Counted from the first letter of the stretch, positions 1-9,455 are shown. The stretch is 64,000 bases of DNA from Candidatus Algichlamydia australiensis (GCA_033977065.1 JAXCHI010000003.1:224001-288000); one strand, 5' to 3'. Program-made: numbers and translations. Notes: generated from the letters alone by a model not told the origin.

Positions 1-1329
1 ACCTGATGGAGTCACAGCTCCTCCTGTAGTCGTAACAATCACATTTCCATTTGCAAGCGCATTTGTAAGCGTTGTTACATTCAAAACAGCAGGGCTTGAA
101 GTAGGAGAAAACGTATAAGGAGTTGTATTCATTCCAGAGTTTGGACTTGAGCTTATTGTGATATCTCCTTCTGGATCGAAAAGAATCGTTCCAAATTTTC
201 CATTAGGCGCGCGCGCATCACAGCGCACATCTGGATTGATTAAATACTGGTGACCTGAGACCTCAATAAACCCTCCATTTCCACCATCACTCCCTCCACA
301 AACAGAAACATTTCCGTTATGATGCATCATGCGATCGGCCCAAAAAATAATTTTTCCCCCATCGCCACTACCCACCGCATCTGCCTTTGCACTAGCACCA
401 TATGTCACTACCACATCAGTCGCAGTGAAAATTTCCGGATTCAGGCCGCGGTAGTCACCACCAACAAGAATCGTTCCCGCCCTCCCACAATCTGAAACAT
501 TCAGTTCCGCATGATCGCCGAGAAAAATATCATTTCCTAAAACTTGGATTTCACCGCCCGTTGCAATAACCTGCCCATCAACATTTGTCTTGCCATTTTC
601 TGCAACAAGATAAATTCGTCCACCACGCTCCTCAATCTTTGTCGCTTCAATTGCTCCCTCACAGCAGATCGCTTTATCAAACACACTTCCCGTGCGTAGC
701 TCAGTAACTAAAGATTGAATCTTGCCACTCTGAGCGACACAATCGCCCCCTTTAGCTTCAATAAAAATGCGTTGATTGCCCTCAGGCTTAAGCAAAATCT
801 TGGGTCCAGTAGCAAGGCCCACAAATTTTCCTTCAATTTTTCCGCGGTTGGCAACATGGTGAGCAATGAGTGTGACATCCCCCTGCAAACAAGAAATTTT
901 TCCCAAGTTGATCACATCCGCCTGGGAATCCCCTGAAAAAAGAAGCTCCTCACCGCGCAAAAAATCCTGGTCCAAAACATCTAAAGAGGAAGCGACAAAC
1001 CCTGCAGTATTGATGATCGCATCCTTGCCAATCAAAACACCTTTCGGATTGAGCAAGTAAACTTTTCCGTTAGAATCAAGCTGCCCAAGTAGCTCTGAGC
1101 GCGCACCACTCACACGATTTAAAATTGCCGAATTGCTATCTGGCATTGCAAAGCGCACTTTTTCGCCTTTGCCAATCGAAAACTCATCCCATTTGACAAC
1201 CGCACGCTTGCCACTCTCAATCACAACCGTTCCCGACCGCTCACTACAAGTCGCATTTCCAGAAATTGTTTGCATCCCAGAAGGCTTTGCCATCAGGGCA
1301 AGAGGGAGCATAAGACAAAAAAGTTTCAT
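1..1329 (-). CDS. Filamentous hemagglutinin-type (TpsA secretion domain) exoprotein, 3' part beyond window edge
   Basis: Not in ORF track. Manual translation from ATG 1329: MKLFCLMLPLALMAKPSGMQTISGNA...VVKWDEFSIGKGEKVRF...AILNRVV...LLGQLDSNGKVYLLNPKGVLIG...GGNGGFIEVSG. Signal peptide plus NPxG TPS motif; frame open to position 1. Confidence 0.88.
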   Translation of the reverse strand, partial: MKLFCLMLPLALMAKPSGMQTISGNATCSERSGTVVIESGKRAVVKWDEFSIGKGEKVRFAMPDSNSAILNRVSGARSELLGQLDSNGKVYLLNPKGVLIGKDAIINTAGFVASSLDVLDQDFLRGEELLFSGDSQADVINLGKISCLQGDVTLIAHHVANRGKIEGKFVGLATGPKILLKPEGNQRIFIEAKGGDCVAQSGKIQSLVTELRTGSVFDKAICCEGAIEATKIEERGGRIYLVAENGKTNVDGQVIATGGEIQVLGNDIFLGDHAELNVSDCGRAGTILVGGDYRGLNPEIFTATDVVVTYGASAKADAVGSGDGGKIIFWADRMMHHNGNVSVCGGSDGGNGGFIEVSGHQYLINPDVRCDARAPNGKFGTILFDPEGDITISSSPNSGMNTTPYTFSPTSSPAVLNVTTLTNALANGNVIVTTTGGAVTPSG

Positions 1330-1356
1330 ACTTCCCGACTTTAACAAATAAATATT

Positions 1357-1857
1357 TTAAACTTCAGAAGAATTTTCAGGAGTTGGCTTAAGTGAGAGAC
1401 ACTTCCAACCAAGAAAAAGAAAGGGCGCGCTTAAAAAACAGTAAAGAAACCAAGTGCCACTTTTCCACTCCAAAGTGAGACGACCCGCTTCGGAGAAAAA
1501 GAGAATGAGCAGACCGAGTGTAAGCAAGTTACCCCCAACTGAGAGAAGCAGAAGAGCCCATACAGAGCGATTGCCCGGCTCTTTTTTATCTTCGTCAAAA
1601 TACTCCTCCTCTTGCTGCGGTTCCTCGTAGGAATCTTCGCGCTCATCAGGCACACCGTACCCATGACTCTCACGAACAAGGTAAGGAGGACGATAGAGTG
1701 ACGCTAAACTTTCACTACCCTGAGATTTCGTCTCTTGTTGTGCTGGTTTTTGTGCAGCACGCGACAAATCTGCCCTGCAGTAGGGACAAAAAATGGCATC
1801 GTAACTGACATTCCCTTCACAATTGGGACAAAGTTTCTTTTTCTGCGTCGTTTCCAT
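1357..1857 (-). CDS. Zinc-ribbon membrane protein (conserved chlamydial hypothetical upstream of lpdA)
   Basis: CPNC...CPYC at N-terminus, two C-terminal TM helices, divergent from lpdA. Confidence 0.75.
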   Translation of the reverse strand: METTQKKKLCPNCEGNVSYDAIFCPYCRADLSRAAQKPAQQETKSQGSESLASLYRPPYLVRESHGYGVPDEREDSYEEPQQEEEYFDEDKKEPGNRSVWALLLLSVGGNLLTLGLLILFFSEAGRLTLEWKSGTWFLYCFLSAPFLFLGWKCLSLKPTPENSSEV

Positions 1858-1944
1858 CTAGCTTTATCCTAATGAATTATTCCCATCAAAACAAGTCCTT
1901 TTAACAAATAAACCCAGTATTTTATCCAATAAAATGGTGAAAAT

Positions 1945-2110
1945 TAGATAGTGTCGTCAAAAGGCTATAATCAGATTATTTTTCATGTTTGCAGCTTATT
2001 TTTGTGCGGAAATTGAAGCTGAATTTGTAAATTCCGCTTCAATTTCCGCACAAAAATGGAGCCCAAACATGAAAAATAAGATGGTTGTATGCTTTTGACG
2101 ACGCAATCTA
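1945..2110. repeat. MITE-like palindromic repeat family A, copy 1 (TIR GATAGTGTCGTCAAAA, TA flanks)
   Basis: Near-identical reverse-complement copies at 6960-7124 and 9471-9635. Confidence 0.9.
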
Positions 2111-2155
2111 GAGGATACTATCGCCAATTAAATGGCAAAAAATCCAGGGTAACAG

Positions 2156-2315
2156 GAACCTATCCAACTAAACATGCTTTTGCCTTTTTCCACATTTTTG
2201 GCTGGATTTTGAGCTATTTTTTCAAACAACTTAATTAAGTTGTTTTCAAAAAGATCCCAAAATCCTTCTCAAAACTGAGAAAAAATTTCAAAAGCAGCTT
2301 TAGTTGGATAGGTTC
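2156..2315. repeat. MITE-like palindromic repeat family B, copy 1 (TIR GAACCTATCCAACTAAA)
   Basis: 160 bp; reverse complement of 35014-35173; central palindrome AAACAACTTAATTAAGTTGTTT; AG on both flanks. Confidence 0.9.
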
Positions 2316-2318
2316 AGA

Positions 2319-2346
2319 TTGACATCGCTCACAAGTGCGGTATACT
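2319..2346 (+). promoter_or_regulatory. sigma70/sigma66-type promoter for lpdA-lipA operon
   Basis: TTGACA-16 bp-TATACT, 110 bp upstream of lpdA ATG. Confidence 0.65.
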
Positions 2347-2349
2347 TAG

Positions 2350-2448
2350 GGAAGCACTGAACAACTACTGTGCCGATAGGTCGAGCCGAAAACTCTTTTC
2401 TAGAATTTCTCTGCCGAGGTAGCGGTGCATGAGTTGTTCATTGTCTCC
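2350..2448. repeat. MITE-like repeat family C, short copy (IS5-like ends) in lpdA leader
   Basis: GGAAGCACTGAACAACT...AGTTGTTCATTGTCTCC with TTAG/TTAA flanks; same termini as 37460-37620 and 53716-53876. Confidence 0.7.
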
Positions 2449-2456
2449 TTAATGTA

Positions 2457-3836
2457 ATGAGTGAAGAAAAATTTGATATTGCGATCATCGGTGCAGGACC
2501 GGGGGGTTATGTTGCGGCCATTAAAGCGGCACAAACAGGCAAAAAAGTTGCTTTAGTTGACAAGAGCCACTTGGGAGGCACTTGTCTTAATGTTGGCTGC
2601 ATTCCCACAAAAACACTCCTTTCCAATGCCACCTTGTACCATAAAATGAAAATGGCCAAAGAGTACGGCATTCATACAGGTGAGCTCTCAGTCGACTATG
2701 GCCAGATGAAAAGCCGTAAAGATGCAGTTGTGCAAAAATTGCGCGGTGGAATCGAAGGTCTACTCAAAGCGAATAAAGTAAAATTTTTCTCAGGGCATGC
2801 CAAATTTGTCTCACTCAAAGAGATCAAAGTGGGCGAAGAAACTCTTATACGTTTTGAAAAAGCAATTATCGCAACGGGGTCTGAACCTGTTGACATTCCT
2901 GCATTCCCTTGTGACCATAAACAAATTTTAAACTCTACTTCGATTCTAGAGTTAACAGAAATTCCCAAAACTTTAGTTGTCGTTGGCGGTGGTTACATCG
3001 GCTGCGAATTTGCCTCCCTTTTTGCAGAACTTGGAACAAAAGTCACAATTGTCGAAGCGCTACCAAAAATTGTAATGGCGCAGGGCGACCAGATTTCTAA
3101 AGTTTTGCACGACGCTTTAGAAAAACGCGGCATTGAAATCCTAACCGATACGATGGTCGAGTCGATTGACTCCGGTCTCAAGATCAATCTCAAAGGAGGA
3201 AAGACTTTAGAGGCAGAAAAAGCGCTTATCTCCGTAGGTCGCCGTGTCGTTTCAGAAAATCTAGGACTTGACCGCGCGGGTGTTGCTGTAAACAAGGTGG
3301 GCATGATTGAGGTCAATGAGAAGATGGAGACGAACTCTCCTGGGATTTATGCCATTGGGGACGTGACTGGCATTGCAATGCTGGCACATATCGCCTCTCA
3401 CCAAGGAATTGTAGCAGCAGTTAACGCAACAGGCGGTAGCGCACAAATGCACTACCACGCCATACCCGCTGTGATCTTCACTACACCCGAAATTGCGATG
3501 GTTGGTATGACCTTAGAAGAGGCTAAAAAAGAGGGCTACGCTGCTAAAACAGGTCAGTTTCCTTTCCAAGCGCTTGGGAAATCGCAAGCCTCACTTGATA
3601 CCGAAGGCTTTGCTCAAATCGTTATTGATGAGAAGACCGGACAAATTTTAGGCGCACAAGTTGTAGGTCATGAGGCCTCTGCACTCATTGGTGAAATGGC
3701 AATTGCAATTCAAAATGAGCTAACCACCGATTGCGTCATTGATACAATTCACCCCCATCCCACCATTACCGAAGGGTGGCTTGAAGCAGCGCTTCTTGCC
3801 AACAATACCCCTATTCACCTTCCTCCTAAACGATGA
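2457..3836 (+). CDS. lpdA: Dihydrolipoyl dehydrogenase
   Basis: GAGPGG FAD motif, GGTCLNVGCIP redox disulfide, HPHPT C-terminus. Confidence 0.97.
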   Translation: MSEEKFDIAIIGAGPGGYVAAIKAAQTGKKVALVDKSHLGGTCLNVGCIPTKTLLSNATLYHKMKMAKEYGIHTGELSVDYGQMKSRKDAVVQKLRGGIEGLLKANKVKFFSGHAKFVSLKEIKVGEETLIRFEKAIIATGSEPVDIPAFPCDHKQILNSTSILELTEIPKTLVVVGGGYIGCEFASLFAELGTKVTIVEALPKIVMAQGDQISKVLHDALEKRGIEILTDTMVESIDSGLKINLKGGKTLEAEKALISVGRRVVSENLGLDRAGVAVNKVGMIEVNEKMETNSPGIYAIGDVTGIAMLAHIASHQGIVAAVNATGGSAQMHYHAIPAVIFTTPEIAMVGMTLEEAKKEGYAAKTGQFPFQALGKSQASLDTEGFAQIVIDEKTGQILGAQVVGHEASALIGEMAIAIQNELTTDCVIDTIHPHPTITEGWLEAALLANNTPIHLPPKR

Positions 3837-4735
3837 GTAATAAATTAAATATTTTACCAAACAATCCCGAGGAGAATCTCGGCCGCTTTCCCTCCTACTT
3901 GCATCGCAAGCTTCCCAAGGGCGGCAATCTCTTTGAAACTGGGAAACTTGTTAAAAAATATCGTTTAAACACCGTCTGCGAAGAGGCAAAGTGTCCCAAT
4001 CGCACCGAGTGCTACACAAAAAAAACCGCAACATTCTTGGCACTTGGAAGCGCCTGCACACGCGCATGTGGATTTTGCGAAATCGATTTTTCTAAAAACC
4101 CCTTGCCACCGGAAGAGGATGAGCCAGAGCGCATTGCAGAGATGACAAGAGAGCTCGGGCTTAAACATGTCGTGATCACTATGGTCGCCCGCGATGATCT
4201 CTATGATGGCGGTGGTGCACAGATTGCGCGCACCATTCGCACCGTGCGAAAAGTTAACCCCGGTATCACTGTTGAAGTGCTTACCTCAGATTTTAATGGC
4301 AACATCGGCGCCCTCGACTTAGTCCTTATCGAAGAACCTGAAATTTTTAATTATAACATCGAAACCGTGCGTCGCCTAACGCCAAAAGTGCGCCATACTG
4401 CCACTTATGAGCGCACTCTATCAATTTTAGAGTATGCGAGCCACAAAGGCCGCAGCCAGTTTGTGAAGTCAGGATTGATGCTCGGGCTTGGTGAGACCAG
4501 AAACGAGGTCTTTGAAGCGATTCGCGACCTTCATCGAGCGGGTGTAGAGATCATCACAATGGGTCACTACCTGCAGCCTTCCAAACGAAAACTATCTGTA
4601 AAAGCTTTTGTAACCCCTGAGCAGTTCAAAGAGTATGAAGAGTACGGCCTCTCTATTGGAGTACCACACATGTATTGTGGCCCCTTTGTCCGCTCAAGCT
4701 ATAACGCCGATCTATTTGTGAAATCCTATGCATGA
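3833..4735 (+). CDS. lipA: Lipoyl synthase
   Basis: CEEAKCPNRTEC, CTRACGFC radical SAM motif, VRSSY. Confidence 0.97.
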   Translation: MSNKLNILPNNPEENLGRFPSYLHRKLPKGGNLFETGKLVKKYRLNTVCEEAKCPNRTECYTKKTATFLALGSACTRACGFCEIDFSKNPLPPEEDEPERIAEMTRELGLKHVVITMVARDDLYDGGGAQIARTIRTVRKVNPGITVEVLTSDFNGNIGALDLVLIEEPEIFNYNIETVRRLTPKVRHTATYERTLSILEYASHKGRSQFVKSGLMLGLGETRNEVFEAIRDLHRAGVEIITMGHYLQPSKRKLSVKAFVTPEQFKEYEEYGLSIGVPHMYCGPFVRSSYNADLFVKSYA

Positions 4736-5573
4736 CATTCCAATTTTAGACGAAAGCGACTTGCAAATCATCATGCACCGCGACTGCCATTTTGGTAAAA
4801 ATTTTGGTATTATGCTTGATTACTACCAGAAGGAAAGCATTGGCTGCCATCCCGAAATTGAAATAAGTGCCATTCAAAACCTGCAAAAGATTGAAGAGGC
4901 GCTAAATGAAGATCTTTCTGACAAACTCCTTCCAGAACATGAAAAGGGACGTGTAAAAAAAATGCGCGATCTCTACCGAGAACTGCGCGATAACTACAAA
5001 AATGGCGGACGTCTTGCAGAATTGCTCTGTGATCTCATTCTTTCAGAAGAAGAAGAGCCAACAAAAGAGATTGAAGCCCTCGCAAAAATTTCAGATAGCG
5101 CCCCTCTTATCGATCTATTGGGATCCGATACATTTTACGATCCTTTAAGTCCTGGCTACGGCAGAGCGCCCATGCTTGCAGCTAAAGTTTTGGCAAAAAT
5201 CGCTGATCCTAAAGCGATCACCCCCCTCTTTATCGCCCTCAAACAGGAAGACTTTTTTTACGAACAAGAAATCCAAAATGCTCTTACCTCATTCGGCTCT
5301 GCTGCCAAAACTTTTCTCTTAAAAGTTCTGCAACAGAAACCCCTCTCTATTGATAATGAAACAGCTGCTCGAGCTCTCTGTCAATTTTCTGAAGATAAAG
5401 ATGTGACAGACACTGCATTGAAGTTATTGCAGGATCCCGAAATCACCCAAAACCTGGCACTCTCTTGCTACCTCATCTCGCTTGCAGCCGAAAAAAAAGA
5501 AGAGCTTAAAAGCCTTCTTAACAGTGACTTACCGCAAGAAATAAAAGAAGAAATAAATTTTATTACAAAATAA
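4728..5573 (+). CDS. Conserved hypothetical protein with HEAT/PBS-like helical repeats
   Basis: 281 aa overlapping lipA stop; AAKVLAKIADPKAITPL / IQNALTSFG HEAT-like pattern. Confidence 0.65.
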   Translation: MHDIPILDESDLQIIMHRDCHFGKNFGIMLDYYQKESIGCHPEIEISAIQNLQKIEEALNEDLSDKLLPEHEKGRVKKMRDLYRELRDNYKNGGRLAELLCDLILSEEEEPTKEIEALAKISDSAPLIDLLGSDTFYDPLSPGYGRAPMLAAKVLAKIADPKAITPLFIALKQEDFFYEQEIQNALTSFGSAAKTFLLKVLQQKPLSIDNETAARALCQFSEDKDVTDTALKLLQDPEITQNLALSCYLISLAAEKKEELKSLLNSDLPQEIKEEINFITK

Positions 5574-5634
5574 TATTATTGACACAGATTAATTATTATT
5601 TTATTTCAAAAGAATAAGATTAATAAATTAATCA

Positions 5635-6903
5635 ATGAATAATATTGCTAATAAAGTCGCTACTCTTGTGCTTGCTGGCGGTCAAGGGACAAGACTTTTT
5701 CCACTCACACAATCGCGGTGCAAACCAGCCGTCCATTTCGCAGGACGCTACCGTCTAATCGATATTCCCATCTCCTGCGCACTCAACTCCAAGTTCCACA
5801 ACATCTACATCTTATCGCAATATCTTGCCTCAGGCCTTAATAACCATGTCACGTCAACCTACCACTTTGACCGCTTGCAAGGTGGCCACCTTGAGTGCCT
5901 TACCCCTGAAGAGAGCGATAACCACAAAGTCTGGTTTAAAGGTACGGCAGACGCTGTCCGCAAAAACATCAACTACCTCTCTACCCAAGACTATGAGTAC
6001 TTTCTTATCCTCTCAGGTGATCAGCTCTACAATATGGATCTCAACCACTTTGTTGACTTTGGCCTCAAACGCAACGCCGACCTCACCATCGCAACCCTTC
6101 CCATAGAAAAACGCCAAGCGTCCCGCTTTGGGCTTATGAAAATTGACTCCAACCACAACATCACAGACTTTATTGAAAAACCACAAGATCCCAATGTCCT
6201 CCGCCACTACAAGCTTGACCCTAGCGAACTCAAACACAAATCAGATAAGGCGCACTACCTCGCCTCAATGGGTATCTACTTTTTTAAACGAGATGCCCTC
6301 TTTAAACTTCTAGAAGAGGATGACCGAGAAGACTTTGGCAAACATCTCATTCCCAACCAGATCCGCAAGGGGAGCTCCTACGCCTACATCTACGAAGGGT
6401 ACTGGGAAGATATCGGAACTATTGAATCCTACTTCAATGCTAACCTTGGCTTAACCCGCGGCCACATAGACCTCAATTTTTACTCAGAGCACCAACCCAT
6501 CCACGCCCATACCACCAATCTACCCGCCCCGCGTCTTACCAACGCACGAATCTCCGACAGCATTATCTGTGATGGCTGCATCATTAAAGCCAAAGAAATT
6601 ACCCATAGCCTTATCGGCCTTCGTTCAAAAATCGGTGAAAATACAATCATCCGCAACTCCATCCTGATCGGCAATGAGTTCTACCGCCCTCCAGAAAACA
6701 GCCAACTCCCCGAACAATTCACTATTGGCAGCGATTGTCATATTGAAAATGCCATCATCGATGCCCACGCTCATATTGGCAACAATGTCACCCTGACTAA
6801 CAAAGAGAACCTGCAGACTTACGATAGCGACCTTCTCTACATTCGAGACGGCATCATTGTCATCCCTTCTGGTGCTACTATCCCTGACTCCTTCCACAAA
6901 TAA
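5635..6903 (+). CDS. glgC: Glucose-1-phosphate adenylyltransferase
   Basis: LAGGQGTRLFPLT, KPAV, WFKGTADAVR, LSGDQLY, YWEDIGT. Confidence 0.97.
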   Translation: MNNIANKVATLVLAGGQGTRLFPLTQSRCKPAVHFAGRYRLIDIPISCALNSKFHNIYILSQYLASGLNNHVTSTYHFDRLQGGHLECLTPEESDNHKVWFKGTADAVRKNINYLSTQDYEYFLILSGDQLYNMDLNHFVDFGLKRNADLTIATLPIEKRQASRFGLMKIDSNHNITDFIEKPQDPNVLRHYKLDPSELKHKSDKAHYLASMGIYFFKRDALFKLLEEDDREDFGKHLIPNQIRKGSSYAYIYEGYWEDIGTIESYFNANLGLTRGHIDLNFYSEHQPIHAHTTNLPAPRLTNARISDSIICDGCIIKAKEITHSLIGLRSKIGENTIIRNSILIGNEFYRPPENSQLPEQFTIGSDCHIENAIIDAHAHIGNNVTLTNKENLQTYDSDLLYIRDGIIVIPSGATIPDSFHK

Positions 6904-6959
6904 ATGAATCGTATTTGGTGTATCAAAATAAGATTTTTCTTATAATCATAAAAAAATCC

Positions 6960-7124
6960 TAGATAGTGTCGTCAAAAGCATACAACCATCTTATTTTTCA
7001 TGTTTGGGCTCCATTTTTGTGCTCAAATGAAGCGGAATTTACAAATTCAGCTTCAATTTCCGCACAAAAATAAGCTGCAAACATGAAAAATAATCTGATT
7101 ATAGCCTTTTGACGACACTATCTA
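6960..7124. repeat. MITE-like repeat family A, copy 2
   Basis: TAGATAGTGTCGTCAAAAG...CTTTTGACGACACTATCTA, 165 bp, between convergent genes. Confidence 0.9.
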
Positions 7125-7207
7125 GAAGACTATTTCAACAGAAGGCCCATTGAAGTAGCTAAAGAAGGCAGTGCAACATGCCAAATTCTTCTTGCAAAAG
7201 AAAGTTC

Positions 7208-7942
7208 CTAATCTATCTTTAAAGCTGCCAAGCAACCCTTAACATCATCTTCTGTCAATAACTTATCCCCATTCACATGGTAAAATCGATTACCTAATGC
7301 TGCTAATGCTCCCCAGTCATCAATTGCTAAATACTTGCTATTTTGAAGACCATGATGCTCAAGCCATGAGAGGATAGCTGCAACGCGCTCGCAATAATTA
7401 CCTTCAAATTCAAAACCTTCAAGCGCTTCAAACTCAAATCCTTTCCTACATTCAGGGGAGCATTCTCGTCCCTGCGAATCTGGAGGAGTTTTACCACAGA
7501 TATACTTTGCAAAATCATACCCTGCAAATACTTCATCCTGTAGCTGCTGCAACGTTGCAAAATTTCGCCAAGAAGAGGAAATTATAACAAGCACACGATA
7601 GCCTGCCCCCTCAATCCTGTTAATTAATTCGTGCAAGTTTGCTACGGCAGCAGAGTTAAAATACTTTGCACCTTCTACATGAACCTTGTATAGAGATCTA
7701 TATTGTTCTTCATCTTTCAATTGGCTAACTTCTGAATACACGTTTCTAATTGCAATTTCTGCCTCTTTCGGATGCTTTAATTCAAGTAATACCCCATCAA
7801 CATCAAGAAAAAGAGAGACCGTTTCACGCGAATCTTCTTCTGGAAAAATGCGGTCACGAAAAGAGAGAAGAGAGTAGCCATCTTTTTGAAGGCCATCGTT
7901 TTCAATTGATGAAATGGGTAAAGAGCTCATATTTTTCTCCAA
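7208..7942 (-). CDS. HAD-superfamily protein (HAD_SAK_2-like)
   Basis: LFLDVDGVL, IISSSWR, YLAIDD motifs; start may be ATG 7930. Confidence 0.75.
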   Translation of the reverse strand: MEKNMSSLPISSIENDGLQKDGYSLLSFRDRIFPEEDSRETVSLFLDVDGVLLELKHPKEAEIAIRNVYSEVSQLKDEEQYRSLYKVHVEGAKYFNSAAVANLHELINRIEGAGYRVLVIISSSWRNFATLQQLQDEVFAGYDFAKYICGKTPPDSQGRECSPECRKGFEFEALEGFEFEGNYCERVAAILSWLEHHGLQNSKYLAIDDWGALAALGNRFYHVNGDKLLTEDDVKGCLAALKID

Positions 7943-7993
7943 ATATTATCAGCAGTTGTAGCATAAATCATAAGCTGTTTTATGATAAGAAGA

Positions 7994-8737
7994 ATGAAAG
8001 TCTATGCCCTTGCCGATCTCCATCTCGCTTTTGGTGCGCCTGAAAAAGACATGCAAGTCTTCGGGCCCTCATGGAAAAATTATACAGAAAAAATTTCTAC
8101 TCATTGGAAAGAGATAGTTTCAGATGGAGATCTTGTTTTGATTGCAGGAGATATCTGCTGGGCCATGAGTTTAGAGCAAGCCCTTGCCGATCTCAACTGG
8201 ATCGACCAATTGCCTGGAACAAAAGTGATTTCACGCGGCAACCATGACTACTGGTGGCCCTCAAAAGCAAAACTGCATGCTGCGCTACCGAAAAGCATCC
8301 ATGCTATTGATAAAAACGCTCTTACTATCGGAGATATCACCATTGGTGGCGTGCGTCTTTGGGATAGTGAGGAATACTCTTTTGAGTCGTTTATTGAGTT
8401 TCAAGAAAATCCGCGTGCATCTGAAAAAGCGCCACCTGATCCTGAGCAAAACCGCAAAATTTTTCAGCGCGACCTAGAACGTTTAAAATTTAGCCTATCT
8501 CAGCTTGATCCCAAGGCAAAAACACGCATTGCCATGATCCACTACCCCCCGATCGGAGCAGATATGGAAGACTCACAAACATCAAAAATTTTAGAAGAGT
8601 TTCAAATCGATATCTGCGTTTTTGGCCACCTGCATAATGTGCGAGCAAATGCTCTTCCTTTCGGAGAAAAAAATGGCGTTCGCTACATTTTCACTTCCGC
8701 CGACTACCTAAACTTCAAACCAGTTCAAATTTATTGA
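7994..8737 (+). CDS. Calcineurin-like metallophosphoesterase
   Basis: ADLH, AGD, RGNHD, HYPP, GHLH motifs. Confidence 0.9.
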   Translation: MKVYALADLHLAFGAPEKDMQVFGPSWKNYTEKISTHWKEIVSDGDLVLIAGDICWAMSLEQALADLNWIDQLPGTKVISRGNHDYWWPSKAKLHAALPKSIHAIDKNALTIGDITIGGVRLWDSEEYSFESFIEFQENPRASEKAPPDPEQNRKIFQRDLERLKFSLSQLDPKAKTRIAMIHYPPIGADMEDSQTSKILEEFQIDICVFGHLHNVRANALPFGEKNGVRYIFTSADYLNFKPVQIY

Positions 8738-8985
8738 TAAACTTCTCTTCGGTGGCCAACTTTAACAATTAAAACTGTGAGTTTTTTATTTTCAATTGTG
8801 TAAATAATCCGCCAATCTCCTTGGCGAACACGGAATAATGAGTTCGCTCCTTGTAGTTTTTTGACGCTTGGAGGAAGAGGCCTTTCCGCCAGCTTTGCTA
8901 TACGCTTAATGACCTTTGTTTGTTCGCGTTTTGTGAGTTTTTTTATCTGTTTTTCTGCAGCTGGAGAAACAACAATTTTATACAT
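8731..8985 (-). CDS. relE: Type II toxin, RelE/ParE family
   Basis: KKLQG...FRVRQGDWRIIY...VKVGHRREVY. Confidence 0.9.
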   Translation of the reverse strand: MYKIVVSPAAEKQIKKLTKREQTKVIKRIAKLAERPLPPSVKKLQGANSLFRVRQGDWRIIYTIENKKLTVLIVKVGHRREVYQ

Positions 8986-9256
8986 CTATTCCAAGCTCAT
9001 CCGCAAGACGTTTTAACGATTTTCCACCCTTCCGTTTGACTTCATTGAGAGCTTTACGCGCATCAGCAATATCAGAAGCATCTTCGAGAGCTTCCATTGT
9101 TTCTTGAAGAAACCGAAATTCATCAATAGAAATTAAAACTGCCGTCTCTTTTCCGTGACGCGTTACAATGAAATGCGCCCCGCCGAAAGCAATTCTATTC
9201 AATATGTCGGCTTGTTGATCTCTCAAATCTCTTGCTGAAATCTCTCTTGTATTCAT
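8978..9256 (-). CDS. Type II antitoxin, Phd/YefM family
   Basis: ISARDLR...IVTRHGKETAVLISIDEF; ATG 9256 has SD AAGGGGA; overlaps toxin start. Confidence 0.88.
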   Translation of the reverse strand: MNTREISARDLRDQQADILNRIAFGGAHFIVTRHGKETAVLISIDEFRFLQETMEALEDASDIADARKALNEVKRKGGKSLKRLADELGIDV

Positions 9257-9270
9257 TGATTCCCCTTGTT

Positions 9271-9298
9271 TATGTACAAAGTTTACCATATGTACATA
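9271..9298. promoter_or_regulatory. Putative Phd/YefM operator: two TGTACA palindromes
   Basis: TATGTACAAA (9271) and TATGTACATA (9289), 18 bp apart, just upstream of the antitoxin; TGTACA is the known YefM/Axe operator core. Confidence 0.6.
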
Positions 9299-9343
9299 AT
9301 TTAGTCAAAATCACTGTATTACAACGACTTATAATATCAATAT

Positions 9344-9368
9344 CAGACTGTTCACTTTACCGTGAACA
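9344..9368. promoter_or_regulatory. Degenerate second copy of the AbiEi-type operator core
   Basis: CAGACTGTTCACTTTACCGTGAACA, 22/25 identical to 11259-11283. Confidence 0.55.
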
Positions 9369-9378
9369 TCTATGTTCA

Positions 9379-9430
9379 GGAAGCACTGAATAACTGTCTA
9401 CCTTGGTATGTAACCTCATTAAGAGCTCTA
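9379..9430. repeat. Truncated family C repeat (left end only)
   Basis: GGAAGCACTGAATAACT terminus plus degenerate central TAACCTCATTAAGAG. Confidence 0.5.
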
Positions 9431-9455
9431 TATACATCGCCAATTAGAGCTTTAG

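Noticed and set aside
715..1351. Three short plus-strand ORFs
   Set aside because: Shadows of the minus-strand FHA-type gene
5579..5607. glgC sigma70 promoter at TTGACA
   Set aside because: No convincing -10 at 16-18 bp spacing
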